Shown here piece after piece: positions 55,035 to 64,000 of a stretch of DNA of 64,000 nucleotides. Source of the DNA: Callorhinchus milii. Taxonomy: Eukaryota. The translations under genes were made by a program, and so were the position numbers. Location: positions 11,596,001 through 11,660,000 of the forward strand of contig NW_024704743.1 in assembly GCF_018977255.1 (NCBI RefSeq), written 5' to 3'. A model generated the notes under the pieces. That model saw nothing but the letters and a program-made list of their open reading frames with translations. It was not told the DNA's origin and did no database searches. Numbering within the stretch: the first letter of the stretch is position 1; each line of letters starts with the position of its first letter.

Positions 55035-57540
55035 CAACAACTAGCATTTATATAGCACCCTTCACGCACTGCAGCATCCTGGAGCGCTTGACAGAGGCGG
55101 AGTCTGACCCCCAGCCAAGGGGAGTGGGAAGGTAACTGTAAGCACGATCAAAAAAGGTCTTTAGGTGGGATTTGAAAGTGGGGAGGGAAGGGGCAAGGCA
55201 GAGGGATTGAAGGGAACGAGTTCCAGAGATTCGGAGTGTAGTGGCTGAAAGCACGGGAGCCAATGGTGGAGAGGGGGGGTGGGGGAAAGGAACAAACAGG
55301 AGGCTGGAGCCGGCTGAGCGGAGACAGTAGGTGGTAGAGTGAGAGGTAAGCAAATCACATAGGTTGGGAGGTAAGCAAATCACATAGGTAGGGAGGTGTG
55401 AGGGCACAAAGGGGTTTGAAACCAAGGATCTTGAAGTCAATCCATTCAGTAATTGAAAGCCAATGCAGCCTGGCAAGGACTGGTGTGATGGGATTTGTTT
55501 TATGCTGTGGTTTAGTATCCGGGCAGCAAAGTTCTTAATTAATTGAGTTTTGTGTATGGTGGATGGAGGGCATTTGAAAAGTCCAGCCGGGAAGTGACAA
55601 AGGCGTCGACAAGGGTTTCGGCTGCTGTGGGTGTGAGGTACGGATGGTGGCTGACAATGTGGAAAAAAGCAGTCCTGGTCAGGGAATGAATGTGGGAGAA
55701 AAAGGAAATCTGGGGATTGAACCTGATGCCTAAATTAAGCACGGGTTCAGTGAGTCTGAGGGAGAGCCTGGGGAGGTTGAGGAGTTCGGACCCACAGGAA
55801 AGAAGGTGTTGACGTGTATGGATTTCGTCTTGCCGACGTTCAGCTGCAGGAAATTTGCACTCTTCCAGACAAGCTGACAAGACGTCAGCGGACTGGGAGT
55901 CACAGCTGGAGAAGGTGAAGTAGATTTGGGTGTCACACTTAGACACACACTCAGAGAGACACACACACTCACAGAGAGACATACAGAGGATACACACATT
56001 CGCATAGACACTCATAAACACACATAGAAGAGACACACAGACACACTCACAAACATACACACATACAGAGGAGATACACTGACATAGACACGAACAAACA
56101 CACACACACACACAGAGACACACTCACGTAGACATACAGCGGAAAGAGACTCATTCACATAGTCACTAACAAACACACAACACACATACAGAGGAGCGAC
56201 TCACAAACACAGAGACTCACGCTGACACTCACAAACATAGTGAGAGACACTCACAAACAAAGAGGCACACGGACACTCACAAACACTCACATTCATAAAC
56301 AAACACACACAGACTTACAAACACACAGAAAGACACAGAGAGATACAGACACTCACAAACACTGAGAGAGACACACACTCACAAACGCAGAGAGACACAC
56401 ACTCACAAACGCAGAGAGACACACACTCACAAACACAGAGACAGATACACACAAACACGTATAGAGACAAACTCACACAGACAATCACGTCAGAGTGGAG
56501 TGAAGCCCATTTGCTGCTTGCGCCGTACCGCACATGCACGTCCGGACTCACCCATCCCACAGTGATGTCATGTAAACAGTGCTGAGGCCCGCAGGCCAGA
56601 AACTATATTTATAGCGGGTTTGTAGCGGATGGGAGCGTTTGTAGCAGGTATCGCGGAAGCACTGTGGCCGCACTTCTCTATTGGCTCAGGTTATGACTAT
56701 GTCGAGGGGTGGTCACAGTTGTAGGTCGGGGAGTTTACATGGAGTGTGAGACTTAAGAGAAGAGGGCAGCAAAGACAGAGGAGCTAGGGCAAGGGGAGTT
56801 TAGATGGATAATGAAATCGCCCTTTATGAGCAGGTCTTTGTGCAGAGGGTCAAGGATGAGAGGAGAGGTGAGAAAAGAGCAAGGAGGTTTTGAGGGGCGA
56901 TAAACGAGAAGGATTTTTGAAGGAGAGAGGAAGGATGGTGGAGGGTGAGGTGCTCAAAAGAAGGGAAACAGCCAGAGGAATAGGGGGATAGACTAAAGGA
57001 GGTTTTGGAGATGAGGGCCACCCTATAGCCGCGTTAGTTGGGGGGGCGAAATGTAACCAGGTGTGGAGGCTTCGACAAGGGGGACAGGGTCACCAGGGGA
57101 CAGCCAGATTTCCGTGAGCCGAAGAACGTCGAATTGCTTGTCCAAGATGAACTTGTGGATTGCAAGACCTTTATTAGAGAGAAAGCAGACATTTTGGAAG
57201 CCGTTGCGAATGGGAGCATAGGCGCAGGAGCGTTGGGGTGTAATTGTGGATATTGGGGGCAAACAGCTGTCGAGAGTGTGGGGAAAGAGTTGGGAAGCAT
57301 GTGGATCAGAGTAGAGGGGAGGATGGCCTTGCAGAGTAGGTGGGGGATGTGGCAGTCGGTGTGGCTGCTCTGGAACAACCATCGCCCAGGTTTTGTGGTT
57401 ATCCTGGCGGAGGATACTCAGGCTAGAGCAGAGGGAGGCCATGGGAAGGTCCAGTAGGTAGAGAAGATGAGGAGGGCAGTACAAGAGGAGGACTGAGTGG
57501 GAGTAACGAAGGGTGGAGAGTAGGAGCGGGGTCAAACGTG
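55035..57540 (-). mobile_element. Degenerate L2 (3' part 55035-55935, 5' part 56687-57540) with the TIR/CA-tract element remnant between
   Basis: [19 protein letters not shown] and DTQIYF; then PLDIVIT, FQNVCFL, LTEIWL and SLCSSLSIL. Confidence 0.85.
55936..56686 (+). mobile_element. Second copy of the TIR element (CA-tract, CpG motif, right TIR)
   Basis: Right end CCGCACTTCTCTATTGGCT (56668-56686) is a 17/19 reverse-complement match to 33717-33735. Confidence 0.65.
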
Positions 57541-57860
57541 CATGCCAAGACTGGGAGCAAAGTGGAATTCTACTACAGTGCAATCCGTTTTAGGCGGACG
57601 CCGGTTAACCCATCACGTAAATCAAACAAAACGCCCGGCCCCAATTCATTTGTGTTCTTACCCGTTTTAAATATGCCGGCTGATTTGGACAAAAATCTGG
57701 TTTATACGGGCAAAATGCTCCGCTGGTCGCCACTGTGTCAAGTGGCTCCATTCAGCCACGAGGAACTCCACGATGGAGATCCTCAATTTGGGAATCTCAC
57801 TGTGCATGATACATATTCTTTAAATCCAAATCATTTAATTCATAATATTGCAAAACATAC

Positions 57861-57930
57861 CTTTACCCACATCAGGACTGGTGCTGTAACAGTCAGCTTG
57901 TCACTTTGGATCTCTGCACCCCCTGAAGTC
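57861..57930 (-). CDS. XYLB: XYLB exon 3 (TSGGAEIQSDKLTVTAPVLMWVK), 70 nt
   Basis: ttatag acceptor, AAG|gtatgt donor; contains the LTVTxPVLMWV motif. Confidence 0.95.
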
Positions 57931-58029
57931 CTATAAAGAAAATAAAAATAGAAATCTTACAGTTAACATTAAAGCACTCAAATATCAACATAATTTAATC
58001 ATCACAAATTTCCAGTTTTGACAAATGGG

Positions 58030-60170
58030 GAGAGTGGGCAAGAGAGAGGGGTGTAGGCGAAAAAGAGGAGGGTGGGTGGGAGAGAGGGAGGTGGGCGGTA
58101 GAAGAGGGGGGGGCGAGGGAGAGGGGGGGCGAGATAGGAGGGGGGGGCGAGAGAGGAGGGGGGGCGAGAGGAGGCGGAGGGGGGGGCGAGAGGGGAGGGG
58201 GGGGCGAGGGGGGGCGAGGGGGGGAGGGCGAGGGGGGGGGCGAGGGGGGGGGGGCGCGAGGGGGGGGGGGCGCGAGGGGGGGGGGGGCGCGAGGGGGGGG
58301 GCGCGAGGGGGGGGGCGCGAGGGGGGGGCGAGGGGGGGGGCGAGGGGGGGGGCGCGAGGGGGGGGGGCGCGAGGGGGGGGGCGCGAGGGGGGGGGGGGCG
58401 AGGGGGGGGGGCGCGAGGGGGGGGGGGGGCGAGGGGGGGGCGGAGGGGGGGGCGAGAGGGGGGCGAGAGGGGGGGGGCGAGAGGGGGGGGGCGAGAGGGG
58501 GGGGGGCGAGAGGGGGGGGCGAGAGGGGGGGGGCGAGAGGGGGGGGCGAGAGGGGGGGGGGGCGAGAGGGGGGGGGGCGAGAGGGGGGGCGAGAGGGGGG
58601 GGCGAGAGGGGGGGGCGAGAAGGGGGGGGCGCGAGAGAGAAGGGGGGGCGCGAGAGAGAAGGGGGGGGCGCGAGAGAGAAGGGGGGGGCGCGAGAGAGAA
58701 GGGGGGGCGCGAGAGAGAAGGGGGGGGCGCGAGAGAGAAGGGGGGGGCGAGAGAGAAGGGGGGGGCGAGAGAGAAGGGGGGGCGCGAGAGAGAGGGGGGG
58801 GCGAGGGAGAGGGGGGCGAGGGAGAGGGGGGGGCGAGGGAGAGGGGGGGGCGAGGGAGAGGGGGGGGCGAGAGGGGGGGGCGAGAGAGACGGGGGGCGCG
58901 AGAGAGACGGGGGGGCGCGAGAGAGACGGGGGGGCGCGAGAGAGACGGGGGGGGCGCGAGAGAGACGGGGGGGCGCGAGAGGGGGGGGGCGCGAGAGGGG
59001 GGGGCGCGAGGGGGGGGGCGCGAGGGGGGGGGCGCGAGAGGGGGGGGGTCGCGAGAGGGGGGGGGTCGCGAGAGGGGGGGGGTCGCGAGAGGGGGGGGTC
59101 GCGAGGGGGGGTCGCGAGGGGGGGGGTCGCGAGGGGGGGGTCGCGAGAGGGGGGGGTCGCGAGAGGGGGGGGTCGCGAGAGGGGGGGTCGCGAGAGGGGG
59201 GGTCGCGAGAGGGGGGTCGCGAGGGGGGGGGGGGCGAGGGAGTGGGGGGGGCGAGGGAGTGGGGGGGGCGAGGGAGTGGGGGGGCGAGGGAGTGGGGGGG
59301 CGAGGGAGTGGGGGGGGCGAGGGAGTGGGGGGGGCGAGGGAGTGGTGGGGGGCGAGGGAGTGGTGGGGGGCGAGGGAGTGGTGGGGGGCGAGGGAGTGGT
59401 GGGGGGGCGAGGGAGTGGTGGGGGGCGAGGAGTGGTGGGGGGCGAGGGAGTGGTGGGGGGGCGAGGGAGTGGGGGGGGCGAGGGAGGGGGGGGGCGAGGG
59501 GAGGGGGGCGAGGGAGGGGGGGGGCGAGGGGGGGGGCGAGGGAGGGGGGCGAGGGAGGGGGGGGCGAGGGAGGGGGGGGGCGAGGGAGGGGGGGGCGAGG
59601 GAGGGGGGGGCGAGGGAGGGGGGGGGGGGGGGGGGGGCGAGGGAGGGGGGGGCGAGGGAGGGGGGGGGCGAGGGAGGGGGGGGGCGAGGGAGGGGGGGGC
59701 GAGGGAGGGGGGGGCGAGGGGGGGGGGGGAGGGGGGGGGGGGAGGGGGGGAGGGGGAGGGGGGGCGAGGGGGAGGGGGGGGCGAGGGAGAGGGGGGCGAG
59801 GGAGAGGGGGGGCGAGGGAGAGGGGGGGCGAGGGAGGAGGGGGGGGCGAGGGAGAGGGGGGGGCGAGGGAGAGGGGGGGCGAGGGAGGGGGGGGGGCGAG
59901 GGAGGGGGGGGCGAGGGAGGGGGGGAGGGGGAGGGGGGGGGAGGGGAGGGGGGGCGAGGGGGAGGGGGGGGCGAGGGAGAGGGGGGGCGAGGGAGAGGGG
60001 GGGCGAGGGAGAGGGGGGGCGAGGGAGAGGGGGGGCGAGGGAGAGGGGGGGCGAGGGAGAGGGGGGGCGAGGGAGAGGGGGGGGCGAGGGAGAGGGGGGG
60101 CGAGGGAGAGGGGGGGCGAGGGAGGGGGGGGCGAGGGAGAGGGAGATAGAGGTGAGAGAGAGAGGGCAAA
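58030..60170 (+). repeat. ~2.1 kb G-run / CpG minisatellite, core (G)nCGAG, in XYLB intron 2
   Basis: Tandem variants GGGGGGGCGA, ..GCGCGA, ..GCGAGA, ..GTCGCGAGA, ..GCGAGGGAGT, ..GCGAGGGAGA; abuts an L2 fragment at 60165-60250(-). Confidence 0.95.
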
Positions 60171-60639
60171 GAGAGTTTTGAATAATCTGCAACTTGTGAA
60201 GGACAGATTTGGGAAATCCAGCGAGCAGGCAGTCGGCGTTGTCAACCAGTTAACTCTGCCTCTGTGACCTGCTTAGTGGGCTCGGGCATTCCACGTCTCT
60301 CGCTCGCGAGGCGAGTGCTCTATCTTCTGAGCTACAGGATTCTGTTTTGAAAGCAGAAGGAGAATCCAAAACCACCAGATTGAGGAAGAGTTCCAGAGAG
60401 CAGGAGCAAAGTGTCTGAAGGCTCACCCACCAACAGTGGGGCAAAGGGAGCCAGGAATGTAGAACAGAAAAGCAGAGGGAGTGGCTTTCACTCGATTTCA
60501 CTGTCTTCTCAGGCATCACAGAGAAATAAACAAATCACTGACAGCACAAATGTTTCAGGTGGTTGGTTATCAATTCTTTCAAAATCATCTTTTCCCTGGC
60601 TTACCTGTTACAGAAGGAAAGTTTTAATCTGTTTCTTAC

Positions 60640-60722
60640 CCAAATTCTGACAAATCCTCATCAAAGCTCATCTTGAACTCTGAGATTACCTTCAGTTCAT
60701 CATCAATAGCCGTAACTTTTAG
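60640..60722 (-). CDS. XYLB: XYLB exon 2 (LKVTAIDDELKVISEFKMSFDEDLSEFG), 83 nt
   Basis: tttcag acceptor and GG|gtaaga donor; frame continues from exon 1; similar to human [28 protein letters not shown]. Confidence 0.95.
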
Positions 60723-61099
60723 CTGAAAGAAAATAATTTGTTTAGTCAATGAAAAAATAATCATATTGTAATGTTTTGTGTCCATAGAATGTAATAAAAA
60801 TTGAGGGGCCTTATTTTTTATACAGTAATACAGTATTCAATCAAAATGTTTCAAAACATTTCACAAGTTATTACAGTACTGTTAAGTATAGACTGTTTTT
60901 GAAGGCAAATGTTGTAGTTATTTGCACTAGATAAATCCTACATATAGCCTTGAGGTGAATGCCTGGAAAGGTTATTGGCTAAGTCAATACAAAACAATTC
61001 GAAGTGATTAGGCCCTTCATTCTATTCTACCAAAACTGACAGGCGAAACATAAATCCAGGAAAATTAAATGCATCTGTCTAATCAGGCTTTATTTGCAT

Positions 61100-62025
61100 T
61101 TTGCCAACTTTTGGAAATTGCTGTCCTGTAAAGGTCTTCCCACGCGCTGAAGGCAAAAGTCCGCCAGATAGCCATTCAGGAAATTCTGAGGATTGGGACA
61201 ACAGTTGGTGGAAGGTGTTACCTGGAGTCTGAGTTCGGCAACACGTTCGTATATCCAGCGCCAGGAATCCACTTACATTGGCTTGCAGAGAGGCAAGCAG
61301 CCCCTGCTTAAACTCCGTACCTCCAACTGGTGGAAACACTCAACGCAAAGGGGCATGTGTCTGAACTGTGGACAGGAAGATTGTGGCAATGCTCTCACGC
61401 ATATAATACTGAGGTGCGTTGCTCACCGGAAAACTCACAGGGAGTTCCTGGTACCTGCCACCTACCTAGTGAGAGCTCAAGCCCACAGTTGTCAGATATC
61501 AAATGACCAACTAGTGACTATCCTCCTGGGTGGGGGAAGGTAAAAGGGGTATTCTTGGAGTTGAAATGGCCACAAGGTGACATGGTTGGCAACAGAATGT
61601 CGGAATCGAGCCCACCCCCTCCGTGGCAGCCTCGGTTGTCCAGTTCCTGAGACAGGCAGGTCCGCAGTACTCCAGGGAACTACTGATGAAAGCACACCAA
61701 GGCTGGCTCATCGGCAGGACTTGGAAAGGTAGACCAACAACAACAACTTGGATTTATATAGCGCTTCAAAGCGCTTCACAGTAATGGATCCCGGGGCCGA
61801 GCCAGGGGGAGGAGGAGGAAGGTGACCAAAGGCACTGGGGGCAGAGAATCCTCTCACTCAGCCCTTGTTAACCCAGTAAGCCAAAGCCGTATTGGGTAGG
61901 ATGGTCCTCGCTGGACAAGCAGCGATAAAGCTTGTAGTTAGACTCCAGCAGTACCCCAATGCATACTCTGGGGTCCACAAGCCTTGGTTCTTGCCAACCT
62001 ATGCCTAATACTTTCCAGGATAATA
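61100..62025 (+). mobile_element. 3' end of a non-LTR retrotransposon with a C-terminal CCHC zinc knuckle and long 3' UTR
   Basis: ORF 61193..61543 contains CLNCGQEDCGNALTHIILRC and ends ILLGGGR. The downstream sequence is repeated at least 4 times in the window. An L2 tail is inserted at ~61736-61830. Confidence 0.65.
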
Positions 62026-62799
62026 TAAGCAGTGCCGTTGTAATGTTCCGCTAGGACCACTCTACCAACTAGAGTTTGGGCTTACGTGGTTAACAAGAGC
62101 CGAATGTAAATAAACCCTGCCAAGACTAGTCTACCCCTCCGAGTCCTGCTGACCAGCCAGACTGGATGGTCTTGTGTTAAAATTACCTTTTGCATTATTG
62201 AAGCGGCACTGTTTAGGGAAAATAGCAACAATCACATGGTACTTTCTTCACAAGGTCATACAAACAACATAGTGGTATTTTTAATGATTATAATGTAATA
62301 TCAATGATAATACTTTATTTACCACAAGGAAAAATACAGTATTCCTAAATTCTCAAAGATTTTAAAATCTTACGAAGCATGCTCTGACAAGCAATAGCAG
62401 TTAAAGATTACCACTAGATTTAAAGTTCAATGCTGTCTAAAATACGTTGCAGATTTTATTTGGAGGAATATCTGGGATAGACATGTTTAGAGACTTGTTA
62501 GGTATATTTTTATGGTGAGGATTAAGGAAGGAGAAGCAACAAGTCAAAATTTATGAAAACAGAAGTGCCAAAGTTCGTGTGGATGAATACCATGGAAACA
62601 AAGCTTGGGTCATTCAGTCCATTTTCCTTTTGTGCCCCCACCACTCTTCATTGTCCCAACCTGAGCCCTTCCACCCAACCACCATCCCCACCAACGTCTC
62701 ACATGCTGCCACCAGCCCCCAACAACAAATTGACGTCCCAGGTCAATGTGGACCTATGCTGGGGGTTGGGATCGGGAAGGGGGCGGGGAGGGAGCTTGG

Positions 62800-63530
62800 G
62801 GTAGAAGGGTAACCTAACCGAAGGCACGAAGGAGGGTCGTGAGACGTGCCAACACCCCCACCCTGTCACCAAACCCCCAACCCTCCACTCGACGCCAGCC
62901 CCCAACAATCCTGACCCCCTCCCCAACACCGCCCAAAGCCCCCCCTCCGTGTCTCTGCTGTCCTCTGACCTGTTGTGTGCTGAGGTCGAAGCCGAGGTAA
63001 CATTTGTCCTCGGCCGCCATGATGTGAAGTGCGGTACTAACGCCTGAGGCACCGCCAGCGACAACCAACCAACCGCCACCCGCGCGCGAGAGAAGGAGCG
63101 CGAGACGCAGGAGCCGCGCGAGAGCCACACACTGCGCAGCTGCAGCTTTTCCCCTCCCCCACCAGGGGGTGGCCACCAACTGAAGTACCCTTTATAGCCC
63201 AAAGTCCGCAAAATACGAGCCCAATATTACGCGTTACTACGGGCGGCACTTTAGTTTTTTGTTTTTGAAAATGTGTAAGAAAAGGTCTACAAAAGGGAGA
63301 AGAAAAAAAAAGTTTTGCTGGTTAAAATTCAAATGTTTTGCGGGAATAAAAGGCACCCGCCCAAAGCCACTTTGAAACGCACAGTGCCACATAAAACACG
63401 CCCAATTAGACGTGAACCCATCCAATCTGACTGCTGTCACACCCACGGGTTGGGCTGCCTGACGCCCAGTTGGGCGGGTTTTGATGTGCTGCGCATGAAA
63501 AAACGGCTTTGGGCGGGCGATTAATTTTTA
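62800..63530 (-). promoter_or_regulatory. XYLB: XYLB CpG-island promoter / 5' UTR
   Basis: CpG-dense around the ATG. Minus-strand TATAAA at 63196-63191, CCAAT at 63221-63225, GC boxes at ~63241, ~63356, ~63472 and ~63511, three CGCGAGA half-sites in 63081-63125, CTCF-like CCACCAGGGGGTGG at 63159-63172. Confidence 0.8.
62970..63020 (-). CDS. XYLB: Xylulokinase coding exon 1 (MAAEDKCYLGFDLSTQQ), 51 nt
   Basis: ATG at 63020-63018. LGFDLSTQQ is the FGGY phosphate-1 motif (human XYLB LGWDFSTQQ, recalled). Donor CAG|GTCAGA. Lies in a CpG island. Confidence 0.96.
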
Positions 63531-64000
63531 AAAATTATTTAAATCTGCAAAACGTTGTCCCCCTCAGCCCTCTTTTGAAGACCCTTTCTTATAGTTTCCA
63601 CAAAGGCACAAACCCAAATTGGTCACTGTGCTACCCCTGTATTGGAGGCGACCTATAGTATTGGACTCTTGGAGCTAATGTTTGTCAAGATGGTGGAACG
63701 CAAACTGGAAGGACTTTAGTCTTCTTTCGTCTAACAATTCTTAAGTTCTTTGCAGAGTACGTGGAGGGTGGCGTTGCAAAACAGTCTCCTGAGCAATGCA
63801 CGAACCAAGCAAGCAGAGGGTGGCGCAGCACTTAAGTTCAATTCAATGTAGGTGGAGCTGCACTCCACACCAGTTGAGTTGCAAGCATGGGATTTGCTGA
63901 CCGCAGGTGAGCTCTGCATTTTTTGGGGGGGAGGTCAGCCACGGGTCTGACATGTGGAAACCCATCACCATTACTCTTAATGGAAACCCATTAGGAGTAT

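Noticed and set aside
57985..60267. 700+ aa Pro-rich (extensin-like) and Gly/Arg-rich ORFs
   Set aside because: They arise from the G-run minisatellite, which lacks stop codons in almost all frames and lies inside XYLB intron 2.
62699..63249. Longer ORFs across the XYLB start suggesting an N-terminal extension
   Set aside because: They start at non-ATG codons in GC-rich UTR. The ATG at 63020 (ATCATGG context) matches the orthologous start, and homology ends at the exon 1 donor.

Overview
Eukaryotic, repeat-dense DNA, not prokaryotic. The CR1 / L2 / Deu-domain SINE repertoire suggests a cartilaginous fish (inference). The only host gene I can support is xylulokinase XYLB (FGGY carbohydrate kinase family) on the minus strand. 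It has a CpG-rich promoter at ~62.9-63.5 kb and coding exons 1-13, all with GT-AG boundaries, which splice into one uninterrupted frame of 1114 nt (MAAEDKCYLGFDLSTQQ...TTPGNSGYIG). Later exons were not found in the window. A ~6.06 kb block carrying exons 11-13 occurs twice (14210-20273 and 26596-32669) next to a 25-N gap. If real it adds 91 codons in frame, but the pattern of differences favours an assembly artefact. The introns are filled with nested L2, CR1, tRNA-Ala/Deu SINEs and a zinc-knuckle LINE, plus a 5.4 kb higher-order (GT)n array and a 2.1 kb G-run/CpG minisatellite. The most novel-looking feature is a non-autonomous TIR element (CA-tract plus conserved CpG motif, Harbinger-like ends) found twice at the same site inside L2. 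I found no evidence for a new protein-coding system; nearly all long ORFs are TE-derived or low-complexity artefacts. TE boundaries are approximate.
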